A stretch of DNA of 64,000 nt from a virus (IMGVR_UViG_3300046809_000224:3434-67433); one strand, 5' to 3'; shown: positions 18,194 through 26,972, counted from the first letter of the stretch. A program made the numbers and translations. The notes: a model not told the origin generated them from the sequence alone.

Positions 18194-18346
18194 ATTCCCT
18201 CGCCGGCATAGCCGAACTGTTGATAGAAAAGTCGTGACTTCGCATGGCGCTCGAAAGCGCCTACGATTGATTGTTGGGGGCCGCTGCATCGCGTTTTCAT
18301 CGGGAACCGCTTGCGCCTATCCGATGCGATGCTGCGGCGGTAGTCG

Positions 18347-18775
18347 TCAGAAAGGCGCGTCGTCGTTCATGTCGTCAAAGCCACCGCCAGCCGGCGCACG
18401 TTGCGGAGCGGGACGTTGTTGTTGCGGCTTCGGTGCGGGCGCTTGCTGCTGCGGCTGCCCGCCACCAGCCAAATCAATCGCAGTGATACGGCCCGCTAGC
18501 TTCACGCCTTCCGTGCCGTCCGCCTTTTTGAACGTCTCGACGTGTGCGTCCTCGATTGCGACGGTCACGAGCGATCCTTTCGTGAGGTACGGTGCCAACA
18601 CTTCAGCACGCTTTCCCCACAGTGCGCCGTCAACCCATTGCGTAGGCTTCTTGCCGTCGTCGCCCTTGCGACCGTAACTGAACGCCAGCGATACGCTTGC
18701 AACGGCATCGCCGCCCGTTGTATTGCGCACCTCAACATCGCGGCCAACGCGGGCCAATCCGAAAATTTGAATCAT
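18347..18775 (-). CDS. ssb: Single-stranded DNA-binding protein (divergent)
   Basis: OB fold, YLTKGS, acidic DDAPF tail. Confidence 0.9.
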   Translation of the reverse strand: MIQIFGLARVGRDVEVRNTTGGDAVASVSLAFSYGRKGDDGKKPTQWVDGALWGKRAEVLAPYLTKGSLVTVAIEDAHVETFKKADGTEGVKLAGRITAIDLAGGGQPQQQAPAPKPQQQRPAPQRAPAGGGFDDMNDDAPF

Positions 18776-18793
18776 GATTCGCTCTTGTGTAAG

Positions 18794-19441
18794 TTAAGCG
18801 GCCATCGCCGCGATTTGCTTGTGAGTTGCATCGACTTCGAACAGGAACTGTCGAAGCTCTGCCTCGTACTCTTTGATCAGTGCTTCGTCGCGCTCCCAGC
18901 GAAACACGAATAGCTGGAGCTTCTCGGGCATCTCAGGATCGAACGAGACGAAGTCGACAAACTCCGCGCCGGTGATCAGCATGTTGTGCAGGACCTGGTT
19001 GACGTAAGTCGGTGGCACGCGGTTTTCGGTCAGGTACTTGAAGTGCGTTTTGCTTTTCGGGCACTTCGCCTCCCAAATGCCGAACCTGCCTTCGTCTTCG
19101 AGAAAGCCATCGACGCTACAGCCGGCCATCATGTCTTCCCGATAGACAAAGCCGCTTTCCTGAACCGTGATACCGGTTTGGATCTCATATCGCATCCGGG
19201 CAAATGGCTCCTGTTCATGGCCGCGTTCGGTGTCGTCGTTTGAAAACTCGTCGGCGCACGGCTTGCACAGCAGGCGCTCAAGCGCTAGCTGGACGCGGTA
19301 GTCGGCGCGCGTTGCAGCTTCGCCTGATTTAACCTTGGCAGTGACCGCGGAGGCCTTTGAACCGGTCGCCCTGCCCGAACGATCCGCGAACCATTCTGGC
19401 GTCCCCTGGGGATGCTCCGATACGATGAAATTCCGCTTCAT
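18794..19441 (-). CDS. YqaJ/lambda-type exonuclease
   Basis: QGTPEWFADRSG.ATGS, GCSVDG, EAKCP, Q...M. Confidence 0.9.
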   Translation of the reverse strand: MKRNFIVSEHPQGTPEWFADRSGRATGSKASAVTAKVKSGEAATRADYRVQLALERLLCKPCADEFSNDDTERGHEQEPFARMRYEIQTGITVQESGFVYREDMMAGCSVDGFLEDEGRFGIWEAKCPKSKTHFKYLTENRVPPTYVNQVLHNMLITGAEFVDFVSFDPEMPEKLQLFVFRWERDEALIKEYEAELRQFLFEVDATHKQIAAMAA

Positions 19442-20223
19442 TGCGTGCTCCTTTCGATCTCGGCCTTTTTCTTGTCGGCCATCGTTTTGAACTGGTTCCA
19501 GCTCGCGACGTCGCTAATGGTTTCGAAGGCGGCCCCGGCCAGCGCACGGGTCTTGCGAACGTCTTCCACCGTCTCCGCAGAATTAAGCGCTGCCTCCCAC
19601 TTCATCCAGACGTCATCTGCGTTGACCTTGGCAAACCCTTGCGCGTCATCGTCCATTCCCTTCGTCGCAACGCCGGTAGCGGCTAGAAGGGTGTAGCGCT
19701 GCAGGTAACTGACCGTCGACGCAACCTGCTGAATGGCGTTCTTCTTGCCGCTGCTGTCGGGCATAGCCTCCATCGTGACTTTCTCGCTATGGCCCAGCAC
19801 GTGCGTAATCACGCAGTCAACCGTGATCCGATCGCCTTCCTGGCTGACATCCCATCGGTGCGAGAGTTGATGTTTCGCCATGGCGGGACAGACAACCGCG
19901 GTCACATCGGATAGTTCGGCGTGCATGTACTTTGTTCCGCTGAACTCGACCGTCTTCTTTTTAAAGATTTCCAGCGGTTCCGATTTGAAGGCGGTCATGG
20001 CGGCGACGTATGCCTTGCGGGCTTCGTTGGTCTCCCATCGCTCCTGGAGCGCCATCAGCTTTTCCAGCTTCTCAAGGTCGGCCCCGCTCTCAACTGCGAT
20101 ACGCAGCAGGTCTGCAGGCGTGGCGCTAACGACCGCGCGTTGCTGCTGCACGGCGGGCGGCTTGGCGGCGGCTGCCGGTGCCACGTCAATATCGGTAATG
20201 TCGGCCATGGTGGCTACTGTCAT
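19438..20223 (-). CDS. erf: ERF-family single-strand annealing protein
   Basis: SGKKNAIQQVASTVSYLQRYTLLAATGVAT..DDD. Confidence 0.9.
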   Translation of the reverse strand: MTVATMADITDIDVAPAAAAKPPAVQQQRAVVSATPADLLRIAVESGADLEKLEKLMALQERWETNEARKAYVAAMTAFKSEPLEIFKKKTVEFSGTKYMHAELSDVTAVVCPAMAKHQLSHRWDVSQEGDRITVDCVITHVLGHSEKVTMEAMPDSSGKKNAIQQVASTVSYLQRYTLLAATGVATKGMDDDAQGFAKVNADDVWMKWEAALNSAETVEDVRKTRALAGAAFETISDVASWNQFKTMADKKKAEIERSTQ

Positions 20224-21461
20224 GCTGCTTTCTCCAATTGATTTGCGGCGACGTTCTCGGCAGCCAGTTGCTCATCGGCTGCGGCATAGTCGAATTTCTT
20301 CATCCACTGCATGACGTCGCCAACGGTGACGCGGTAGTGAGCAGCTAACGTCTTGACCATCTCGACGTCTCCAGGCCCGTTCTTTTCAAACTCAACGCGC
20401 TGGCGCTCTGCCTCAGCAGCTTCGGCGGCGACACGCTGCGCTTCCTGCTCCGCAAAGATGCGATCCGCTTCCGCCCGGGCGATTCGTGCCGCCTCGGCTT
20501 CTGCCGCCTCACGCTTGGCGCGCTCTTCAGCTTCAATCGCTGCCAGCCGCTCGCGCTCTACCCGCTCCTGCTCTGCCCTTGCCGCTGCAATCTCCGCCTG
20601 CTGACGGTCGATCTCGGCCTGTTGCGCCGCCATCCGCGCTTCGTGCTCCGCCTGTTGCTGGCGCATCGCTTCAGCGGCACGCTCTTGCGCTGCTCGTTGC
20701 TCGGCTTCGACGCGTTCACGTTCCGCCCGGTCTTTCGCTTCCTGCTCGGCGCGGGCCTCAGCCGCCTTGCGCTCCTGCTCGGCGAGCTCGGCGCGATGCC
20801 GTTCAAGCGCCTCACGTTCTGCGGCGATTCGGGCCTGCTCTGACTCATGCTCTTTCTGCGCCGCGAACATCTCCCAAAGCTTGTGAATCGCAGCGAGCTT
20901 CGCAACCTCTGCTTCGCCTGAGAACTCCATGAAGCTGTCGAGCACGATCTCGACGGCCTCTAGACTCTCAATCGCCGCGCCAATCGTCTCGGATGACTTT
21001 CCAACCAGCATTGACGGGATGGCTTGTAATTCGGCGATTCGCTGGCGGATGGCCGTGATTCGCGCCGACTCGGCCAGCGCCTTCGCGATCTTCTCGTCGT
21101 CCTTGCGCTTTTCTTCCGCCTTGATCGCAGCATCGAAGCGCGATTCGAACGGCTCGATCTCGGCCTCGATTTCCTTCTGGCGCGTGTCCAGCAACTTGCC
21201 GATTTCCAGAATCGGCGCCTTGCGCTCCTTGCGGGCCTTCTCGCTCGCCACACGGATCTCGCGGAACGTCGCCCGGTGCTTCACTGCCACCGCCATACCG
21301 GCTGTCGTCGTCACATCGAACTCTGCCGCGGCGGCCAGCGTCTTGGCATCGGCCAGGCGTTTGGCGAACGGCTCGAACACAAGCTCAACGTACTTCGTCG
21401 GCTCGATCGTGATCAGTTGTTGCGGCTGCTCGGCAACCGTCAGTTGTGTTGTGTCGCTCAT
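20220..21461 (-). CDS. Long coiled-coil phage protein
   Basis: EKARKERKAPIL motif and long E/A/R-rich heptads; start MSDTTQ after GAGGG. Confidence 0.7.
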   Translation of the reverse strand: MSDTTQLTVAEQPQQLITIEPTKYVELVFEPFAKRLADAKTLAAAAEFDVTTTAGMAVAVKHRATFREIRVASEKARKERKAPILEIGKLLDTRQKEIEAEIEPFESRFDAAIKAEEKRKDDEKIAKALAESARITAIRQRIAELQAIPSMLVGKSSETIGAAIESLEAVEIVLDSFMEFSGEAEVAKLAAIHKLWEMFAAQKEHESEQARIAAEREALERHRAELAEQERKAAEARAEQEAKDRAERERVEAEQRAAQERAAEAMRQQQAEHEARMAAQQAEIDRQQAEIAAARAEQERVERERLAAIEAEERAKREAAEAEAARIARAEADRIFAEQEAQRVAAEAAEAERQRVEFEKNGPGDVEMVKTLAAHYRVTVGDVMQWMKKFDYAAADEQLAAENVAANQLEKAA

Positions 21462-21649
21462 GCTGCCCTCAGTTGTTGTTCTTGCCATGCTGCAAACCTC
21501 GCCTCGTACACATCGAAGTACCCGGCGAACGTTTCGCGCAGCTTTGCTTTGTTGACTGGATCGGCCATCAGATAGCAATGGGCGAGTGACTGGACGAAGG
21601 AGCCGCCCTGCTTCTCCATGACGTGGATGGCGTTGTCGTAGTGGGTCAT
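21458..21649 (-). CDS. Hypothetical protein
   Basis: GGSFVQSLA..ADPVN motif; AAGGAG RBS. Confidence 0.7.
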   Translation of the reverse strand: MTHYDNAIHVMEKQGGSFVQSLAHCYLMADPVNKAKLRETFAGYFDVYEARFAAWQEQQLRAA

Positions 21650-22134
21650 GCGATCTCCTTAGCGCGCGCAATAGCCCTGCGGCGCATGTTTTCGATGTCT
21701 CGCGGATTGGCGAGGTGCGGCGTCTTACCCCATGAACAACATTGCAACCACCAACTGTTCAGCCGATGCGGCGCACCGCCGACCACTACTCCACCGTCAC
21801 GACCTCCCTGGACAGCGTGGAGTGTCGGAACTTGCCCGCAATAGAGGCAGGCGCAATGCTCAAGGCCCTCTATTCCGATGAGCTTTTGCTCGTAGTTCTT
21901 GATGGCCTTGTGCTCGACCGTCTCGCGCCATTGCAGGCCATCCGGCACGCTTACCCTGTAGCCGTCCCAATAGTCGAATACCGGAGAAAGCACGCTGCTA
22001 TAACCAGCACCGCGCATCCGCATGTGAGCGGCGACGATTACAATCTCGCCCGGCAACGCAAGGCTAGGAACGCGCCATTCATATGCGCCTTCGGTCCCGG
22101 GCCGTCGCTCGGCGTAGTCGATCCATCCGCTCAT
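21646..22134 (-). CDS. Hypothetical protein with C-terminal Zn-ribbon
   Basis: MSGWI...RP start; CLYC...CC. Confidence 0.6.
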   Translation of the reverse strand: MSGWIDYAERRPGTEGAYEWRVPSLALPGEIVIVAAHMRMRGAGYSSVLSPVFDYWDGYRVSVPDGLQWRETVEHKAIKNYEQKLIGIEGLEHCACLYCGQVPTLHAVQGGRDGGVVVGGAPHRLNSWWLQCCSWGKTPHLANPRDIENMRRRAIARAKEIA

Positions 22135-22319
22135 GCCGCACCCCGTATCGTTCCCATCTGAACAAACTGGCGAGCGACGCTCGGCGGAATGTAGGCGCCG
22201 GAGATACGCACACGCGGCGTCAGGCGAGCGCGCTGCTCAAGCCATTTGCGCCGTTGCTCGCGATTAAAATGCGACCCGTACTGGCGAAGCGACTTGCGGA
22301 GAGAGAAAAGCTGTTTCAT
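22131..22319 (-). CDS. Small basic protein with Arg-rich motif
   Basis: NREQRRKWLEQRAR; GAGGG RBS. Confidence 0.5.
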   Translation of the reverse strand: MKQLFSLRKSLRQYGSHFNREQRRKWLEQRARLTPRVRISGAYIPPSVARQFVQMGTIRGAA

Positions 22320-22325
22320 GTGCCC

Positions 22326-22514
22326 TCAGCTCGTGAGTGTGTGGACAGCCAGCAGCACCACTGCAACGACGATCGCGCCGCAGGAGACGCCGGCAATGAG
22401 TTCGTGTGTCTTGGCGGTCGCTCGCAAAAGATCGTTGTCGTTCGCGAGTCGGCGAAGTCCCTCGTCAGAAATGCAGACGGTGTAATCCTCGGTTTGCTCG
22501 TAGGTGGCGCTCAT
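22326..22514 (-). CDS. Small C-terminal TM protein
   Basis: GGAGG RBS; hydrophobic C-terminus. Confidence 0.5.
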   Translation of the reverse strand: MSATYEQTEDYTVCISDEGLRRLANDNDLLRATAKTHELIAGVSCGAIVVAVVLLAVHTLTS

Positions 22515-22780
22515 GATTCCTCCTCTTCTTCTTCCGGCTGCTCGTCCAGAACCTCGGCCTCGCACTGCGGGCAGACTTCGCGCACGTCTTTGTGCACTTC
22601 CTTGCTGCCCCAGTACTCGTATGCGCCTATGCCAAAGTCGACTTTCACCGTCTGGACATTGCATTGGCACTCAGGGCAATAGCCGTACTTCGTGTCCGGC
22701 TCATAGTCCGGCTCGTATGTGTCGTAGTCGCGCAGCGGCGCGATTTGCCTGTAGACCTCGGCATTGAAATGTTTGCCCAC
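22511..22780 (-). CDS. Zn-ribbon protein with acidic tail
   Basis: CPEC...CPQC; GAGGAG RBS. Confidence 0.65.
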   Translation of the reverse strand: MGKHFNAEVYRQIAPLRDYDTYEPDYEPDTKYGYCPECQCNVQTVKVDFGIGAYEYWGSKEVHKDVREVCPQCEAEVLDEQPEEEEEES

Positions 22781-22883
22781 GGTAGGACTCCTCAATTCTG
22801 TTGAAGGTTAAGCCCTGGCGAGTAGCGTGCCGGTCCCCGGTTATCCGGCGTTCTTGCAGTGGGAATGCGCTACTCGTCAGGGC

Positions 22884-23102
22884 GCCGGTCTTTCCCGGCT
22901 GTCAGCGTGTTAAGAGGCTCGCAACTCTCGGTCTTTCCCGGCTGGCAGAGGCTTCGGGCCGCTCAGATGAGCCACGATACTTCGCCTCGGTTGCCGTCTC
23001 TCCGGCTGTCGCACCACTCCTTGTGCCCACTACAGGCCCGGCAGGTGTCGCGTTGAGTTCGTTGCGGCGTCTCACCGCTGCGGCTTATAGCTGCTAAGAG
23101 CG
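22884..23102 (-). repeat. Tandem boxA/boxB-like (nut-like) array
   Basis: GACAGCCGGGAAAGACCGGC (22884-22903), GCCAGCCGGGAAAGACCG (22929-22946), GACAGCCGGAGAGACGGC (22993-23010), GCAGCGGTGAGACGCCGC (23064-23081); CGCTCTTA at 23095-23102. Confidence 0.55.
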
Positions 23103-23118
23103 GCCGTCGCTTCGATAT

Positions 23119-23250
23119 TCAGTCAAGCGGCCCAAACACCGCCTCACGAAAGCGCAACCACGCTTCCTCATCCCTTTCCCGCTGCGCCGCCATCTGCTCG
23201 TCAAGCCATGCGCGGGTGATCTCTACCCATGCGTCAAGTTCCGTTTTCAT
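23119..23250 (-). CDS. Hypothetical 43-aa protein (not in ORF track)
   Basis: MKTELDAWVEITRAWLDEQ...; start overlaps the ACP-like stop. Confidence 0.5.
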   Translation of the reverse strand: MKTELDAWVEITRAWLDEQMAAQRERDEEAWLRFREAVFGPLD

Positions 23251-23495
23251 TTCACCCTCGCCGTCACGCAGTCAACAATGTCTCGCGCCGTCCTGAGCGC
23301 GTTCATTGCGTCGTCATCGATCTCAAACCCGAACTCGTCTTCGACAGTCATCGTGATTTCGAGCAGATCAAGATCGTCCATGCCGTACTCGACGGCCATC
23401 TGAGCGTCGAGATTCAAGCTGGCCGGCGTCGTGGCGAACTGCTCGGCGACGATGTGCCGCACCCGCTCCTCAACATTCCTCACTGCGGTTTCCAT
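23247..23495 (-). CDS. Acyl-carrier-protein homologue lacking the phosphopantetheine serine
   Basis: VEERVRHIVAEQF...GMDDLDLLEITMTVEDEFGFEIDD aligns with AcpP (IEERVKKIIGEQL...GADSLDTVELVMALEEEF.EIPD). Confidence 0.85.
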   Translation of the reverse strand: METAVRNVEERVRHIVAEQFATTPASLNLDAQMAVEYGMDDLDLLEITMTVEDEFGFEIDDDAMNALRTARDIVDCVTARVK

Positions 23496-23601
23496 GCTTC
23501 CCTCCGCTTGGGTTCGCGGTTGCGGCGCTCGTCGGCACCGCGCACAAATAAAATGAGCACGATGTTCGCGATCAGGATGATGGTTATCCAGTGGTAGGTG
23601 T

Positions 23602-23856
23602 TCATTTGGCCTCCAGAAGGGCGCGACCTTCATCCATAAACTTGAGAATGTCAGCGGCGTTGTTCATCGCGGTCCAATACAGCTTTTCTAGCATCGTGTC
23701 CGTCAGCGCTTTCGGCTGGCTGGCGGGCTTGGTGTCGACTTGCGTGAACATCGCGTCATGCCATGCGATCTGCCAGGTGAACCAATCGACGTTTATTCCG
23801 GCTTCGCGCTGCTGCTCGAAGCCTTCACGGCATGCATGCGGGTTAATGGTTTCCAT
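23602..23856 (-). CDS. Hypothetical protein
   Basis: Coupled ORF; WFTWQIAW. Confidence 0.55.
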   Translation of the reverse strand: METINPHACREGFEQQREAGINVDWFTWQIAWHDAMFTQVDTKPASQPKALTDTMLEKLYWTAMNNAADILKFMDEGRALLEAK

Positions 23857-23858
23857 GG

Positions 23859-24011
23859 TCAGCACCAGGCAATCAGATCAAGTTGGACATACTCCGAATC
23901 CAGCACCCTGCCCGTCCGCGTTACCCGGTCGATCCGGTAGAGGAAACCAAGGTGCGGGATCGCCTGCGTCGCTATCTCCATGATGCGGTGGACTGCTCTT
24001 TGAGGGGTCAT
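23859..24011 (-). CDS. Hypothetical 50-aa protein (not in ORF track)
   Basis: MTPQRAVHRIMEIAT...; ATGA overlap with upstream gene. Confidence 0.4.
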   Translation of the reverse strand: MTPQRAVHRIMEIATQAIPHLGFLYRIDRVTRTGRVLDSEYVQLDLIAWC

Positions 24012-24331
24012 GGTTGGGTCCCGGTGGCTTTGGCGAGTGCTTCACGCGCAACCTCGCATGCCATGCCAATCAGGGCCATTAGCTCAACCGGGCTTCCGTG
24101 ATCACATGCCTCAACTAATTCCCGGCATGCGTCAAAAAGATCCGGGGCGGCTTGAAACAAGCGAGCCACCGCCTCAGCCTCGCCTTGTGAGCAATCAGGT
24201 CCGCGCTGCACGCTGGCATAGATGCGGTTGCAAAATTGCTCCTCGCCCTTGCTCCAGCCTGCGTGCTGAAGCGCATAAATCGTCGAGCCGGTTCGCAGAT
24301 ATGGCCCCGGCGTATGCTTGATCTCGCTCAT
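24008..24331 (-). CDS. Conserved phage early protein
   Basis: KHTPGP...ARLFQAAPDL...AREALAKATG signature. Confidence 0.8.
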   Translation of the reverse strand: MSEIKHTPGPYLRTGSTIYALQHAGWSKGEEQFCNRIYASVQRGPDCSQGEAEAVARLFQAAPDLFDACRELVEACDHGSPVELMALIGMACEVAREALAKATGTQP

Positions 24332-24828
24332 GTCACTCTCCCAGCGCCGTAGCGCTAAGTTGTACTAACGTGCGATCGCAGAACGCGGCACGCGGGTTGT
24401 TTGATTAGCCGCCTAGCGGGCGGCATTCCGTATCGCTATGGCCTGGTGGCCCTTGGTGGTATGCAGTGTTCGGGTGTGGCGACTGGACCGTCGGTGCACC
24501 GCACCGATATTCTTTCCGCGCCTTAAGCCGGCCTTAGTTCACCCAGCCGACATCCAATCGCCACGCCTGAAAACTGCCTCCGCACGGCTCCGGTCTGTTT
24601 CCCGTCACCGTGCGGTTTTGATCTGTCGCAGCGTTCCTCAGACTTCTGTCCGGTAGCCATACATCGGCCTAGCGCGGTTGGTCTGTGCTGCGTAACGGCC
24701 GATTCGATCAGGCCGGCAGAGCGAGTCCCGAAGGAGGCTCTGCGTATTCGGTTTTTAAAGATCGCAACTCGCTGTCACCGAGTTGTGCGCCGTTGCGCGG
24801 TGTTGCGGTAGTGCTTGGTATGGAGAGA

Positions 24829-24857
24829 ATCATAGATCAATTTGATTTGCTTTGCAA
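24829..24857 (-). promoter_or_regulatory. pL-like early promoter, with a boxA-like GATCTTTAAAAA downstream at 24752-24763
   Basis: TTGCAA-17nt-TATGAT on minus strand, overlapping ATCAATTTGAT. Confidence 0.65.
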
Positions 24858-24991
24858 AGCAAAACTTCATAAAAAGATTTGCTTGCACTGCAAAAATGTT
24901 TCTATCGGCTCGATAGGTCCGATAGAGCAAAAAGATTTAACAATCCGCTTCATTCGCCGCCTAGACTTCAGCGGTAGACAGGGAGAGCGCA

Positions 24992-25192
24992 ATGACAGCT
25001 GAAGACGTGATTACCGTGTTCGAGCGGCTGAACATTGAGGGCCGGGCGGACGTGCCAATAGATGACGCGTGTGCCGGCTTCGCGGGGTGGCTGGCGGAGA
25101 ACTGGGAGATATTTGAGGGGGATGACCTGGCGCTGCTGACGTCGGTCGGCGCTACGTTGTGGCGGGAGGGGTTTGCGCAGAGGCGGAAATGA
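24992..25192 (+). CDS. Hypothetical protein in the immunity region
   Basis: GGGAG RBS; convergent with cI. Confidence 0.55.
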   Translation: MTAEDVITVFERLNIEGRADVPIDDACAGFAGWLAENWEIFEGDDLALLTSVGATLWREGFAQRRK

Positions 25193-25215
25193 AAAAGCCT
25201 GGCGCACGGCCAGGC
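25192..25215 (-). terminator. Terminator after cI
   Basis: AGCCTGGC..GCCAGGCT plus TTTT on minus strand. Confidence 0.65.
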
Positions 25216-25253
25216 TCCTTCGACATACCCCGTTTTGTGGTTTTTAGCGGTTA

Positions 25254-26012
25254 CTAGTTGCCGCCGGCCAGGCCTGAGCCTGAGCGGTAGATCACCTCGC
25301 CGGCAATCTGCAGGCTCTCCAGCTGGTCTGCATGAATCACCTTGTCCGGGAACTCCGGATTGTATGAGTGCAGCCTGAGCGCCCCTTCCGGCTCTTTGAA
25401 TATCTGCTTGACCAAGGGCTCGTCCTCAAAGACAACTGCGTAGATCAGACCGTCTTTCACCCGGGTCTTGCTCGAGCAGATCATCATCATGTCGCGGTTG
25501 AACAGGTATGGCTCCATGCTGCGGCCGTGTACCTGGGCGAGCTTGCAATCTTGCGGTCGTACTCCCAAGGCGCGGAAAAAACCAAGGTCAAACGGAAGCG
25601 CCTTCTTCTGCCTTACTTCCCACTGAATCACGCCAGTCCCCGCCGAAAAACGATAGTCAAACCGGTCAATCCAGACCCGATCCTCATCGATCTCAAGATC
25701 CTCCGGCGCCTCCCAGGTGACTACATTACCTTGGTCGTCGGGAAGCAAACGCTTAATCAAGGCATCTGGTTGACTTGTTTTTGCCACATCGTTTTGCTCT
25801 GAACTGTGCTGTACGTCTAGCCACCCTTCAGGCCGCGCAAAGGCTGACTCGATCCGCCTGGCCAGCTTATCGCCAATGTTGCGAGTGGGCGCAGGCCCCA
25901 TAACCTGGTTGACCTGCTGCGTGCTGCTGTCGATCCTGCGGGCGAACTCCGCCGGCCCGTCCGTCATCAACGAACGTGCGTTCTCCAGCCTGATTTCCTT
26001 GACTGTTTTCAT
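25254..26012 (-). CDS. cI: CI-like repressor (HTH + S24 autopeptidase)
   Basis: N-terminal HTH, SAG cleavage site, GRSMEP Ser, VKQ Lys; divergent from cro. Confidence 0.92.
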   Translation of the reverse strand: MKTVKEIRLENARSLMTDGPAEFARRIDSSTQQVNQVMGPAPTRNIGDKLARRIESAFARPEGWLDVQHSSEQNDVAKTSQPDALIKRLLPDDQGNVVTWEAPEDLEIDEDRVWIDRFDYRFSAGTGVIQWEVRQKKALPFDLGFFRALGVRPQDCKLAQVHGRSMEPYLFNRDMMMICSSKTRVKDGLIYAVVFEDEPLVKQIFKEPEGALRLHSYNPEFPDKVIHADQLESLQIAGEVIYRSGSGLAGGN

Positions 26013-26083
26013 GGGCCGAATGATGGGCGCATCAATCATTTTGATCAACGTGCAAAAAGATTTGCTTTAGCACATCAAACCAC

Positions 26084-26112
26084 TTGATGTGTATATCGTT
26101 TTGATCTATATT
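26084..26112 (+). promoter_or_regulatory. pR-like promoter
   Basis: TTGATG-17nt-TATATT among ATCxxTTTGAT repeats. Confidence 0.65.
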
Positions 26113-26142
26113 GGCTACACACTTTGATTTATTGGTAGCCAC

Positions 26143-26436
26143 ATGGATCTCCGAACGTACTTCCAGACGACGAAGCCTGCCGAGCGCGAAGAGTTCGCGA
26201 ATGCCGTCGGCGCCAAGGTCGATTACCTGTACCTCTGCTCTCGCGGAACGCGAAAACCCGGACCGGAGTTGTGCAAGCGCATTGTCGCTCATGACGCCAG
26301 GTTCACGCTTGGAGAGCTCAGGCCGGACATCTGGGGTGATGGCATTGAGGCCATCGCATCCATCGACGACACCCAACCGCCCGTAGGTGTGCGGGGATCG
26401 GCTAGAAAAACCAAAGACAGCAAAAAGCAGCACTAG
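26143..26436 (+). CDS. cro: Cro-like (YdaS-type) regulator
   Basis: EFANAVG...GTRKPGPEL...ELRPDIWG. Confidence 0.85.
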   Translation: MDLRTYFQTTKPAEREEFANAVGAKVDYLYLCSRGTRKPGPELCKRIVAHDARFTLGELRPDIWGDGIEAIASIDDTQPPVGVRGSARKTKDSKKQH

Positions 26437-26579
26437 GGGCGACATAGACGTAACAGGGTTCACCGAAGCATGGGGGCGTTTTTTCATAAGTTGTAGAGCC
26501 TGAATGGCGGCATGAACTGTCGCCATTTTCTCCAGTATGGACCGTCAACGCCTCGCAAGAGGCACAAACCATAGGAAAG

Positions 26580-26972
26580 GTGAACAACATGCAGCAACGT
26601 GAAATGCCCATGCACGGCGAGGTAAAGAAAGTGAAAGCAGCCCCTAACGAGCTAGTGAATATGTGTGATGACGAACTCGATGCTGTGCGTCTCTGCATCC
26701 AGCTTTCCAAGTTCACACACGACTACGTTGGCAAGCAACTGTCGATCGACAAGGGATATATGTCGCGCTTACTGCAAGGCAATGCCGGCGCACTGATGCA
26801 GAAACGCGTCGCGCTGATGAAGTTGTGCGGCACGTATGCGCCGGTCCAGTTCGAATGCGCTGAGCTTGGTCTTGTGCCGGTGCCGCGTGACGAATACGAG
26901 CGGTTGTTGGCTATGGCGGCTGAACTTGATGCCATCAAGGGCGCCGGCTTTATGGGATTGGTGGCCGCATGA
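26580..26972 (+). CDS. CII-position HTH regulator
   Basis: VGKQLSIDKGYMSRLLQG HTH after cro. Confidence 0.65.
   Translation: MNNMQQREMPMHGEVKKVKAAPNELVNMCDDELDAVRLCIQLSKFTHDYVGKQLSIDKGYMSRLLQGNAGALMQKRVALMKLCGTYAPVQFECAELGLVPVPRDEYERLLAMAAELDAIKGAGFMGLVAA

Noticed and set aside
18283-18350. Hammerhead ribozyme (CTGACGA ... GAAA on the minus strand)
   Set aside because: Stems II and III cannot be formed around the core motifs
22884-23081. Mini CRISPR array
   Set aside because: Repeats are under 21 nt, degenerate and irregularly spaced; no cas genes
23247-23495. Functional acpP auxiliary metabolic gene
   Set aside because: Lacks the Ser needed for phosphopantetheinylation
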